Assembly (NCBI GenBank): GCA_041663565.1
Contig: JBAYMJ010000005.1
Span: forward strand, 1 to 63,972
Origin: Candidatus Micrarchaeia archaeon
GTDB taxonomy: Archaea; Micrarchaeota; Micrarchaeia; Norongarragalinales; CAINOH01
Reading direction: 5' to 3'
DNA length: 63,972 bases
In this document: positions 1-9,079 of the stretch, piece after piece
How positions within the stretch are numbered: the stretch's first letter is position 1
Layout of the letters: each line of letters starts with the position of its first letter
The notes under the pieces: model-generated
The model's input: only the letters and a program-made list of their open reading frames with translations
Told to the model about the DNA's origin: nothing
Database searches by the model: none
Made by a program: the position numbers and the translations under genes

Positions 1-168
1 AAATGCATTAATCGCTGCGCATGGCAACGAATTTCGGAGAACTGTTACCGCAGTTCTCACCTCTCTGGTGGGTTAACAAACCCACTAGAGGGGCTTTAGA
101 TAATAATTATTGGACAGTCTCGGTAAAAGCCGCAAAGGTGGAAAGGCGATGCGCCCACCGGCCGAAAG

Positions 169-1413
169 CTATGTCTCGGTCACGCTGTTGCCGTTGGGGA
201 ACCACGCAAGCAGCATCATAAGCGACACTGCGGAGACTGCTGCCGCAAAGCCGAACGCGGCCCAGGCGCCGAGGTACTGCCAGAGGAGCCCCGCAAGGGC
301 GCTTGCAAAGAACGTCAGGAGCCCGACTGTGCCAAAGTACGTCCCAAGCGCGGTTGCGCGCCGCTCCTTGCCCACTATGTCAACCACGAACGCGCGCTGC
401 ATCGTCTCGACAGTGCCCGTGAACAGACCGTACAGGAGTATCAAAAGCCAGCCGGCCTCCACGCCGCCGCCAACTGCCGCGAGTATGCAGAGGATGCAGA
501 ATATGGCGTACCCCGCTGCGAGTATGCTCTTGCGGCCTATCCTGTCGGACAGGAACCCCACCGGCGTTGCCGAGAGCATGTAGACGAGGTTGGATGCCAA
601 GTAGGCAACGGGAATCAGGGCGGCAGCGATGCCGAAGTCAACAAGCCGGAGCATCAAAAAGACGAAGCTGAAGTTGCCGAGCGCGAACACGAGGGCGATT
701 ACGAGGGCCTTGCGGTATTCCGGGGTAAGCTGCGGGTGGAAGAGGTTCCAGTTGAGGTTCATCTTCTTGGAATCCTTGACCTTGGCAGCCTCGATGCGCT
801 TCTTTGCGGGCTCGCGGATGTAGAAATAAAGCACCGCAAGAGAGAGGATGCCGGGAATTATTGAAAGCAAAAAGAAGTCGCGGTAGTTGTAGGCCATCAG
901 CGGAAGCAGGACGATGGCGATGAGGGGCCCGATTACTGCGCCGACCTTGTCCATCGAGCGGTGCAGGCCAAATGCCGCGCCCCTTTTCTTGGTCTTGGTG
1001 GAGTCCGCAATCAGCGCGTCGCGTGGCGCGTCGCGTATGCCTTTGCCTACGCGGTCCGCAACCCGCACTATGAACATTATGGGCGCGGACGTCGCAAAGC
1101 CGAACAGCGGCTTGGAAAATGAGGACAAGGCGTAGCCGAATATGACCACGTTCTTCTGCTTCTTGATTGCGTCCGACACTATGCCTGAGGCCATCCGGGA
1201 GATGTTGGCTGAAGCCTCGGCAAATCCCTCGATGAGGCCGATTACGGACGTGCTTAGGCCGAGGACCGAGGAAAGGTAGACCGGCAGAACCGCGAATATC
1301 ATCTCGCTTGCCACGTCGGTGAGCATGCTCACCACGCCGAGTATCCACACGTTGCCGGTTATGCCTGAGAATAGGCCTTTGAACTTCTTTGCGATGGAGC
1401 TTCCGGCTGCCAT
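169..1413 (-). CDS. MFS transporter
   Basis: About 12 hydrophobic helices; MFS loop motifs (DAIKKQK, GFLSDRIGRK, ADRVGKGIRDAPRDALIAD). Start moved to ATG 1413. Confidence 0.9.
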   Translation of the reverse strand: MAAGSSIAKKFKGLFSGITGNVWILGVVSMLTDVASEMIFAVLPVYLSSVLGLSTSVIGLIEGFAEASANISRMASGIVSDAIKKQKNVVIFGYALSSFSKPLFGFATSAPIMFIVRVADRVGKGIRDAPRDALIADSTKTKKRGAAFGLHRSMDKVGAVIGPLIAIVLLPLMAYNYRDFFLLSIIPGILSLAVLYFYIREPAKKRIEAAKVKDSKKMNLNWNLFHPQLTPEYRKALVIALVFALGNFSFVFLMLRLVDFGIAAALIPVAYLASNLVYMLSATPVGFLSDRIGRKSILAAGYAIFCILCILAAVGGGVEAGWLLILLYGLFTGTVETMQRAFVVDIVGKERRATALGTYFGTVGLLTFFASALAGLLWQYLGAWAAFGFAAAVSAVSLMMLLAWFPNGNSVTET

Positions 1414-1443
1414 TCTAGCCACGTCCGGGGGATGCCAGCGCAC

Positions 1444-2193
1444 CTAGACGGTCTCTACGCGGGGCGCAAGGTAGTATGCGAGCTTGGCCTGGCCTATCGA
1501 GTACGAAAGCTTCAGGGGCGCGTCGGACTTGAGCTCAAGGGTGAGCGTCTCGTCGTCCGGGCAGGCGCGGGTCATGTCGTCGAGGTACTCGAACGGGAAC
1601 ATCGCACGGGCCTTGGTGCCGGACTTGAGCTCGATGATGTCAGCTGAGCCCTTCTCGGTCTCGGCCTTCAGGTCGCCTGAGTCGCCGTGGGCCTCGAGGG
1701 TGAACCTGTCTGCAGCCACTTCAAGCGAGACGTGCGACGAGAGGAGCGACGCGTCCTTGAGGAGCTCCTTGAACGCTCCGCCGCGCATCTTCACATGCGA
1801 GTCGAACGGAATCTTTGGCTCCTTGGGCGACGACACCGCAAGGTCAAGGAGCGGGAGCTTGAACGTCCTCTTGTTCGCTCCTGCGAACTCGAGCGAGAGC
1901 TTGTTGGCCTCCTTCTCGTCAAGCACAAGCGAGAGCTTTTCGGAGGAGCGCGAGCGGGAGAGTATCTTGGAAAGGTCGATGAGGTTGATGCCGAGAGTGG
2001 CCGAGCCGTCCACCGAGAGCTTCTTGAAGGCGTCGCCACCCATCGCAAAGTCCACCATCGCAATCTGCGAAGGGTCCATTGTGCGCAGGTGCAGCCCCGA
2101 CTTTGACACCTCGAACGAGCCCTCGTCAACGAGGTTTACTATTGCGTCGATGCACGACTTGAAGAACTTGGCGTCTTCCAAAACAAGCTCCAT
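1444..2193 (-). CDS. pcn: DNA polymerase sliding clamp PCNA
   Basis: 249 aa; MDPSQIAMVDF and C-terminal YYLAPRVE typical of PCNA. Confidence 0.97.
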   Translation of the reverse strand: MELVLEDAKFFKSCIDAIVNLVDEGSFEVSKSGLHLRTMDPSQIAMVDFAMGGDAFKKLSVDGSATLGINLIDLSKILSRSRSSEKLSLVLDEKEANKLSLEFAGANKRTFKLPLLDLAVSSPKEPKIPFDSHVKMRGGAFKELLKDASLLSSHVSLEVAADRFTLEAHGDSGDLKAETEKGSADIIELKSGTKARAMFPFEYLDDMTRACPDDETLTLELKSDAPLKLSYSIGQAKLAYYLAPRVETV

Positions 2194-2322
2194 TGAAATC
2201 CCCCTTGGAAAATTGCGTTACCCACACGCACCTTGCCGGGTGCGCCCTTCCGAATTGGTTTGTAACGGGATAAATGGAGGATTTAAAGCATTAAAAAAGA
2301 GACTGCCCGGACATTTCCGCAA

Positions 2323-3237
2323 TCAGTTGCGCGAGAGCACGTAGTTGCACCCCGCCGGCGCGTCGAATGCCGACATCGCGTAGGCAAGGTCGCCAGTTGG
2401 CAGCCGGAGGATGAAGTCGAACCCCGCGAAGAGGAACACCTTGAGGTAGCCTATTGCGGGGACTGTGAGTATGACCTTGCCGTTGATGCGGTCGGCGGTG
2501 ACCGGGCTGATTCCGGACTGCTGGTCAAGCCCGGGGTTGTTGTCGCCCTTGGTAAGCAGGAAAGACTGGTTTCCGGCAGCAAGCCAGAGCACCGAGCGGT
2601 GGATTATGGCGCCGTAGGCCACAGGCTCCGCGTCGTAGATTATGACGTCGTTCTGCGTCCGCGCGGGGTAGTCGGACGAGCCGACCCGGACCGAGCTTAC
2701 GCAGGGAGTCGTCGCCTTCGAGCCGTTGAGGAAGTTCACCGTGCAGTTGACGTAGGAAATGTCTGCTGCCTTGAGCGAGGCGCTGATTTGCGCAGTCGGA
2801 GCGTTGATTTGCCCGCCCTGCAGGAAAACCAGGTCGCCCCGGTGGAGAACAGGCAGCATGCTGCACGAGGTCACCACGTTCATCGGCTTTCCGGTCTGCA
2901 AGATGATGCAGACAATCACCCACGCTGAAAGGGCGATGGCAAGGGTCTTTGCAAGCTCCCAGAGGGGCTTTGCGACGTTGCGCGTCTCGGCCTTGGTGGG
3001 GCGCATGTCCATGACTATGATGTACGCCATCGAGAGGAAGCACAGCAGGCCGAGCACCGCCGAGTATGGCGCAAGCTCAAGGGGGTAATAGAGGATGATG
3101 AGGACAAGCGGGATGGTGTACGCGCCCCAGCCTTGGGTGAAGAAAGAAATCGCTTTTGAAGGCAACCCGTTTTTCCTCGGCGATGCCGAGGGCTTGGCTT
3201 GTGGTTCGTTGTTTCTTTGCCTGTTGCGTCGCTTCAT
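2323..3237 (-). CDS. Signal peptidase I (S26B, Sec11-like)
   Basis: VVTSCSMLPVLHRGD (catalytic Ser), IIHR (His), TKGDNN; N-terminal TM helices. Confidence 0.88.
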   Translation of the reverse strand: MKRRNRQRNNEPQAKPSASPRKNGLPSKAISFFTQGWGAYTIPLVLIILYYPLELAPYSAVLGLLCFLSMAYIIVMDMRPTKAETRNVAKPLWELAKTLAIALSAWVIVCIILQTGKPMNVVTSCSMLPVLHRGDLVFLQGGQINAPTAQISASLKAADISYVNCTVNFLNGSKATTPCVSSVRVGSSDYPARTQNDVIIYDAEPVAYGAIIHRSVLWLAAGNQSFLLTKGDNNPGLDQQSGISPVTADRINGKVILTVPAIGYLKVFLFAGFDFILRLPTGDLAYAMSAFDAPAGCNYVLSRN

Positions 3238-3342
3238 CTGTTTATTCCACGCAAGCGATTAGTGATTTAGGGCTAATAAATGGAAAGGAAAACGAAAGAA
3301 TGCAGAAAGAAAGAGAATTGAAAAAAGAAGAAATTGAAAGGA

Positions 3343-3621
3343 TTAGTCCTTCTTCTTGGACTTTCCTGACGGGACCGAAAGCGCATCGAGCTTCTTTGCG
3401 CAGGCAGCAGCCGCCTTTGCGATTGCCTTCTGGCCGTCCTTTGCGCGCACGCGTATCACCGGGTTCGCGGTGATGGGGTGGTCGAGCGCCGCGTATGCGA
3501 ACTCGGCTGCGCCGCTTGAGACGAGCTCCTGCGCCACCATGTTCGCAAGCCCCAGGTCCTCGCCTGCAAGCTTGACTTCCAAGAAGTCCTTCTCTTCCTT
3601 GATTATCTGAACGTTCATCAA
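3343..3621 (-). CDS. rpoL: RNA polymerase subunit L (Rpo11)
   Basis: 92 aa; GED..LAN, FAYAALDHP motif; follows csl4 as in conserved archaeal gene order. Confidence 0.92.
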   Translation of the reverse strand: MMNVQIIKEEKDFLEVKLAGEDLGLANMVAQELVSSGAAEFAYAALDHPITANPVIRVRAKDGQKAIAKAAAACAKKLDALSVPSGKSKKKD

Positions 3622-3624
3622 TAC

Positions 3625-4185
3625 TCACATCCTTGAAGCGGTAATAGCCATCTTCCGAGTCTCGCGGTTGCGGCAGTTGGGGCACTCCATTATCCTGCCG
3701 GTGTTTTTCAGCTCGTGGCGGCAGGCCGAGCAGCGCGCCTTGACGACTCCGAGGCTGGAATCCATAATCGAAAGATAGATGCCGAGCGGCTTTATCTCGC
3801 GCACCTTGGCGACTATGACGTCGCCTATGCGCAACACGTCGCGGAAGTTCTCCACGTAGCCCTTGTCGACTTCGGAGATGCGCAAATATGCAAAGCGGTT
3901 GGTGTAGGACTTGCGCTCGCCGTTCGTCGGCACGGGCTCGAACTCGACGAGCGCGACCGTGTCGTAGATGTCGTGCACGAGGCCGTTCACCACGTCGCCT
4001 TCGCGGAGCGGCACGAGGCTCTTTTTCGACTTGACCGAGATGCCGTAGGTCTGCGGGTCGATGATGACGTTTCCCGCCACCGTGGCGTAGACCGCGCCGT
4101 CGGACTCCATCGCGCCTGTCGACGCTTCCCCCTCCTCGCTTACGGCAATCTGCTGGCCGGGGTATACGAGCTTGCTTTTATCCAA
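3625..4185 (-). CDS. csl4: Exosome RNA-binding protein Csl4
   Basis: LVYPGQ N-terminus, S1 domain (FRIGD-like LRIGDVIVAKV), C-terminal CSAC...CPNC zinc ribbon, ETRK. TTG start at 4185 inferred. Confidence 0.93.
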   Translation of the reverse strand: MDKSKLVYPGQQIAVSEEGEASTGAMESDGAVYATVAGNVIIDPQTYGISVKSKKSLVPLREGDVVNGLVHDIYDTVALVEFEPVPTNGERKSYTNRFAYLRISEVDKGYVENFRDVLRIGDVIVAKVREIKPLGIYLSIMDSSLGVVKARCSACRHELKNTGRIMECPNCRNRETRKMAITASRM

Positions 4186-4329
4186 AAATTGAACACCTAG
4201 TTGTGAAACCGCTCCCCTTGTCGGGGCGTAAAAACAGCTATTACTTGGGATATTATCTTGGAACCCAAGCAATTTAATTGCTTGCAGAAAAGCGCGCAAA
4301 GGCCGCCGCGGCCTGCTGGTGCGCGGGGG

Positions 4330-4725
4330 CTATTTCTCCGCGTCTTCCGCTGCCTCGTCGAAGGGGTACTTGCCGCCCCTCGACTGCTTGAACTCGGACA
4401 GGCTGTTCATCAGCTCGTCGGCCGCATCCACGTGCTTTCTCATCATCGGGATGGTGATTTCCTTGGGCGAGGCGGCGACCGCCTTTGCAAGCGTCTTCTG
4501 GGCCGCCTGGGCTTCGGCAAGCGCGGGGTGCTCGCCGTGGTGCTCCTCCAAGTCCGCGATTATGGACTCGACCTCGATGGCGACGTGGCGGATTATGGTC
4601 TTGTTTATGGACGCGGACGACGGGGAGTCCGCCGAGTCCATCGACTCCTTGAGTATGCCCACGAGCTCGTTGAGCCCCTTGAGCCTGCCTTCGATGTATG
4701 CGCTTTTCGAAACGGTGTCTTCCAT
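4330..4725 (-). CDS. Hypothetical helical protein
   Basis: 131 aa, coding-like codon usage; no family recognised. Confidence 0.65.
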   Translation of the reverse strand: MEDTVSKSAYIEGRLKGLNELVGILKESMDSADSPSSASINKTIIRHVAIEVESIIADLEEHHGEHPALAEAQAAQKTLAKAVAASPKEITIPMMRKHVDAADELMNSLSEFKQSRGGKYPFDEAAEDAEK

Positions 4726-4805
4726 GGAACATCACTAGCGTAGGGTAAATGCAAGAAATCTCATTGTGCCTTGCAGATATAAAACCTTTTGACGACTAAA
4801 GGCAT

Positions 4806-5657
4806 TTGACACTTATGGTCCTCGAAGCGATCATCGACCCCGACCGGGCCTCCTCAAGCCCGTGGGCCGTTGCCATACTCTCCTTCGTCTTCGTGACCAT
4901 CGCGGTATTCTCGGCAGGGTTCCTAATCAAGGACTCCACGAGCATGCTCGTGGTTGCGCTCGTGGCCATCCCTTCCGTCACCCTCCTTACCAGCATCTTT
5001 GACAGGGAGACAAACTACGACTACGACAACAGGAAGGGCACGCTGACGCGCTACCTGCCCATAATCATGGTGCTTTTTTCCTATTTTGTCGGCGTGATGG
5101 CCGCGTTCACGTTCTACTTCCTCGTGCTCCCAAACTCCGACACGGCGGTGCTTTTTGCGCAGCAGTCCGCCGAGCTTGGAAAGATCAGCTCGATGGTGTC
5201 GGGCCACGCGGTGCAGACCGCCTACTACGGCGACCTTGCCGGCGCGTTCGAGTTCCTTTTCAACAACAACCTCAAGGTGTTCCTCATCCTGCTCGCGGGC
5301 TCGCTCCTTTACGGCGCGGGCACGGTGTTCATAATCGACTGGAACGCGTCCATACTCGGCGTGTTCCTCGGAAGCATCGCAAGCGAGCTTGTGCACAACA
5401 ACCCCGCACAGTACACGATATGGGGCGGCCTGGGAAGCGGGGTGCTGGGGCTTTTGCCGCACGGCACGTTCGAGCTTCTGGCCTACCTGTGCATCGCGAT
5501 AGCTGGCGGCATACTGAGCGAGTCGCTGCTTCACCGCAAATACCGCAACCCGGAGTTCCTCGTAATCATCTACGACGTGACCAAGCTCGCCTCCTGGGGG
5601 CTTTTGTTCCTTGCAGCTGGCGCGCTCATCGAAGGCACTGCGCTTGCGGGGCTCTGA
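4806..5657 (+). CDS. SpoIIM-like (DUF95) membrane protein
   Basis: Multi-TM; FLFNNNLKV and LPHGTFELLAY motifs. Confidence 0.8.
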   Translation: MTLMVLEAIIDPDRASSSPWAVAILSFVFVTIAVFSAGFLIKDSTSMLVVALVAIPSVTLLTSIFDRETNYDYDNRKGTLTRYLPIIMVLFSYFVGVMAAFTFYFLVLPNSDTAVLFAQQSAELGKISSMVSGHAVQTAYYGDLAGAFEFLFNNNLKVFLILLAGSLLYGAGTVFIIDWNASILGVFLGSIASELVHNNPAQYTIWGGLGSGVLGLLPHGTFELLAYLCIAIAGGILSESLLHRKYRNPEFLVIIYDVTKLASWGLLFLAAGALIEGTALAGL

Positions 5658-7022
5658 CTAGAGGACCGGCAGGTACCGTTCGACTTCCCACGGCGTGACT
5701 TGGACGCGGTACTGGTCCCACTGCTTGCGCTGTGCAGCCATCAGCTTGGCTGACGCGAACTTGCCTAGAGAGTCCTTGATTACCTCGTCCTTGTCAAGCT
5801 CGTCAACGGCCTCGTCAAGCGATGCGGGCAGCGTGGCTATGCCCATCTTGGCAAGCTTCTCGTCGTCGAAGTGGAACACGTTCTCCTCAACGGGCGCAGG
5901 AGGCACGGCCTTTGACTTGATTCCGTCAAGCGCTGCTCCCAGCATCGCCGAGAACGCAAGGTACGGGTTGCAGGACGGGTCCGGGCAGCGCAGCTCGCAG
6001 CGGGTCGCCTTCCCGGTGCCCTTGGCGTGCCCCGGGATGCGTATGAGCGCGGAGCGGTTCACGCGCGCCCAGCAGGCGTACACCGGCGCCTCGTATCCGG
6101 GCACCAGGCGCTTGTAGGAGTTCACCGTAGGCGCGACAACGGCGGCAAGGCCGCGCGCGTGGGCAAGCTGGCCTGCGATGAACTGCCGTCCGGTCTTGGA
6201 AAGCCCGTAGGAGTCCGAGGGGTCCGCGAAGGCGTTCTCGCCGTTGCTCCACAGGCTCTGGTGCACGTGCATCCCCGAGCCGTTGATTCCGTAAACCGGC
6301 TTGGGCATGAACGAGGCGAACAATCCGAGGCGCTTTGCCATTATCTTGGTGGCCTCCTTGATTGCAAGCACGTCGTCCGCAATCTTTAGCGCGCTGCCGT
6401 AGCGGAAGCCTATCTCGTGCTGGCCTGCGGACACCTCGTGGGTCAGGCGCTCGACGGATACGCCCATGGCGTCAAGCTGCGGCACCAGGTCGCGCATGAT
6501 GCCGTCGGCACTGTCAAGCGGGTCGAGGTCCCAGTAGCCGGCGTTGTCGTGCGGCTCGGGAACCGGGTTGCCGTTCGTGACCTTGCCGTCCTTTTCGGCA
6601 AAGAGGAAGAACTCAAGCTCAGGGCCCACGAAATACTCGAAGCCCATCTCCTTTGCCTTCGAAAGCTGGCGCTTGAGCACGCCCCTCGGGTCGCCTTCGA
6701 AGGGCTTCTCGTCAACTCCGAACACGTCGCAGATGAGGCGGGCGACCTTGCCGCCGGTCCATGGGAGTGCGGCGTAGGTGGAAAGGTCGGGCACGAGGAG
6801 CATGTCGGACTCCTGGATGCGCATGAAGCCCTCTATCGAGCTCCCGTCCACCCAGAAGCCGGATGCGAGTATTTCCTCGAGCTTGCTTATGGGAACGGTG
6901 GCCGACTTGGGCGTGCCCAGTATGTCGGTGAAGCGCAGGGAGATGAACTCGACGCCTTCCTTCTTGGCCCTTGAAAGTATTTCGGGACCCAGCTTGGAGT
7001 CGCATAGCGGAGCGCCTGTCAC
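5658..7022 (-). CDS. glnA: Glutamine synthetase type I
   Basis: DGSSIEGF, GPELEFF, HEVSAGQHEI, FMPKP..GINGSGMHVHQSL, NSYKRLVPGYEAP, NRSALIRIP. Confidence 0.97.
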   Translation of the reverse strand: MTGAPLCDSKLGPEILSRAKKEGVEFISLRFTDILGTPKSATVPISKLEEILASGFWVDGSSIEGFMRIQESDMLLVPDLSTYAALPWTGGKVARLICDVFGVDEKPFEGDPRGVLKRQLSKAKEMGFEYFVGPELEFFLFAEKDGKVTNGNPVPEPHDNAGYWDLDPLDSADGIMRDLVPQLDAMGVSVERLTHEVSAGQHEIGFRYGSALKIADDVLAIKEATKIMAKRLGLFASFMPKPVYGINGSGMHVHQSLWSNGENAFADPSDSYGLSKTGRQFIAGQLAHARGLAAVVAPTVNSYKRLVPGYEAPVYACWARVNRSALIRIPGHAKGTGKATRCELRCPDPSCNPYLAFSAMLGAALDGIKSKAVPPAPVEENVFHFDDEKLAKMGIATLPASLDEAVDELDKDEVIKDSLGKFASAKLMAAQRKQWDQYRVQVTPWEVERYLPVL

Positions 7023-7184
7023 AAAAAACCACCCTCAAAAACAAAACGATTCAATGAAGTATTATCCTTGGATGAAACGGTATTTATGTTTTGGGCAACT
7101 TTTACAATACAAATGTTTTAAATTACCAATAATTCATACTATTTTGTTCGATTTTTTCGCAAAATTGTCGGGGTTGGTGGACGA

Positions 7185-7655
7185 ATGCACGAAGGGGAAG
7201 GCGCAAAGCAAGCAGGCGAGGTTGTACAGGTTGACGAGACCGACCGCGAAATCATTTCCGAACTGAAAAAGGACGCCCGCAAGTCCTATAGGGAGCTTGC
7301 TAGGGAAGTAGGCATCTCCGCATCCACGCTCATAAGCAGGATGAACCGGCTTGAGAAGGGGAAGGTCATCCGAGGCTACGAGGCCAGGCTCGACCTTTCG
7401 CGGATGGGCTACGATTTCTTCGCACTCGTCGAGGTCACGTTCACCCGCGGGGCGTCGCTTGAGCTGCAGCAAAAGATTGCGGCCATGCAGGGCATTTCCG
7501 CGGTTTACGACATCACTGGCGACTCGGACTCGATGGCGCTTGCGAAGTGCAGAAACAGGCAGGAGTTCTCGCGGCTTGTGAAGAAAATCGGCGCGATTCC
7601 GGGAGTGGAGCGGACGAACACGCACGTAATCCTGAACGTGGTAAAGGAGGAGTAG
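7185..7655 (+). CDS. Lrp/AsnC family transcriptional regulator
   Basis: VDETDREII..LKKDARKSYRELA HTH, ITGDSD RAM domain; divergent from glnA across an AT-rich spacer. Confidence 0.93.
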   Translation: MHEGEGAKQAGEVVQVDETDREIISELKKDARKSYRELAREVGISASTLISRMNRLEKGKVIRGYEARLDLSRMGYDFFALVEVTFTRGASLELQQKIAAMQGISAVYDITGDSDSMALAKCRNRQEFSRLVKKIGAIPGVERTNTHVILNVVKEE

Positions 7656-7695
7656 GAAAAGCGCGGGCGGCCACCCGGAAATCCGGCCCACTGCC

Positions 7696-8292
7696 CTACT
7701 TGACAAAGACCCTGCCTTTCCTTGCGCCGGCCTTGCCAAGCTCGTCTTTGTTCTTGAAAAGCTCTTCGCGCTTGCATACCAGCATCTGGGAGCCGGTGGG
7801 CGTCTCGCCCATGTGCCGGAAGCCCAGATTCTCGTAGAAAGGCATCGCCTCGTGCGACGAGTGGACGGTGACTTCCTTGCCCTTCGGGACGTGCTGCGCA
7901 AAGAGGAGCACAAGGGACCGGCCGAGGCCGGCGTTGCGCCTCTCGCTGTTCAGGGCGTCTATCGAGACCGCGTCCTTTGCGCAGGTAAATACTATCTCGC
8001 CCTTCAGCCTGCCGTTGCGGTTGAGCGCGACTATCCTGTGCGAGGGCCCGGCGACGCCCGAAAGGACGTTGCGGTGCAGCACGAAGCGCAGCGGACCGTG
8101 GCTTGCGCTTGGAAGGAAGAGCAATGTGGACTTTCTCATCTGCGGCGAGTCGGTTATGGGAAGGTTGCCCCACGTGGCGCTCGCCCACTTGGGGTTCGCA
8201 ACTTCGCCGAACTTGCCGGCCTCGCGGCCTGCAATACCGGCCTCTATCCTTTCGCGCAGGGCGCTTAGCTTGCTGGAAAGCCCGGAAGGCAT
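7696..8292 (-). CDS. GNAT-like acetyltransferase, paralog 1
   Basis: RRNAGLGRSL (motif A) and AMPFYENLGF (motif B); start aligned to paralog 2. Confidence 0.65.
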   Translation of the reverse strand: MPSGLSSKLSALRERIEAGIAGREAGKFGEVANPKWASATWGNLPITDSPQMRKSTLLFLPSASHGPLRFVLHRNVLSGVAGPSHRIVALNRNGRLKGEIVFTCAKDAVSIDALNSERRNAGLGRSLVLLFAQHVPKGKEVTVHSSHEAMPFYENLGFRHMGETPTGSQMLVCKREELFKNKDELGKAGARKGRVFVK

Positions 8293-8458
8293 GGAACTCA
8301 AATCACCGAAGGACATTGGCCACCGCCGCGCCATTGTGCGGAAGGCGGCACGATAGAGAATCTGATTCGTGCTACTTAATGAATACGTTCCTTTTCGCAC
8401 CTGCGCATCCCCTCGACGCGTGGACTCGTTCCCCATTGCGGCAGCGGTTGCCTGGGAG

Positions 8459-9058
8459 CTATCTTACGAAGACCTTGCCCTTCCTCGCGCCGGTGCCTGC
8501 GAGTTCATCCTTGCGCCTGAAAAGCTCAGCCGCACCACATTCCATAAGGCATCCGCCCTTCGGCGAGTCCGCCAGCCTGCGGAACCCGAGGCCCGCGTAG
8601 AACGGGATTGCGTTGCGCGCCGCAAGGACGGTGACTTTTCTCCCGTCTTGCGGGATGTTCCTTGCAAGGAGAAGCACAAGGGAACGGCCGAGGCCGGTCT
8701 TTTGCCTTGCGGCGTTCAAGGCCCCGATGGAGACCGCGTCCCTGCCGCAGTTGAAGACCAGCTCGCCTTCAAGCCTGCCGTTGCGGTCGAGCGCGACGAT
8801 GCGGTGGCTGTTGTCGGCAACCTTCGGAAGGATGTCCTGGTGGAGGACAAACCGCAGCGGGCCGTGGCTTGCGCTTGGAAGGAAGAGCAGCGTGGACTTC
8901 CGCATCTGCGGCGAATCCCTTATCCGGTCGTTTCCCAATGTTACGCTTGCCCACTTGGGATTCTCCACGTCGCCGAACTTGCCGGCTTCCCTGCCTGCGA
9001 GACGGTCTTCTATGCTTTCGCGCAAGGCGCTGATTTTTTTGGAGAGCCCGAAGGGCAT
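8459..9058 (-). CDS. GNAT-like acetyltransferase, paralog 2
   Basis: RQKTGLGRSL and AIPFYAGLGF; colinear with 7696-8292 over its whole length. Confidence 0.65.
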   Translation of the reverse strand: MPFGLSKKISALRESIEDRLAGREAGKFGDVENPKWASVTLGNDRIRDSPQMRKSTLLFLPSASHGPLRFVLHQDILPKVADNSHRIVALDRNGRLEGELVFNCGRDAVSIGALNAARQKTGLGRSLVLLLARNIPQDGRKVTVLAARNAIPFYAGLGFRRLADSPKGGCLMECGAAELFRRKDELAGTGARKGKVFVR

Positions 9059-9079
9059 AATTGAAAAGCACCCATCAAG

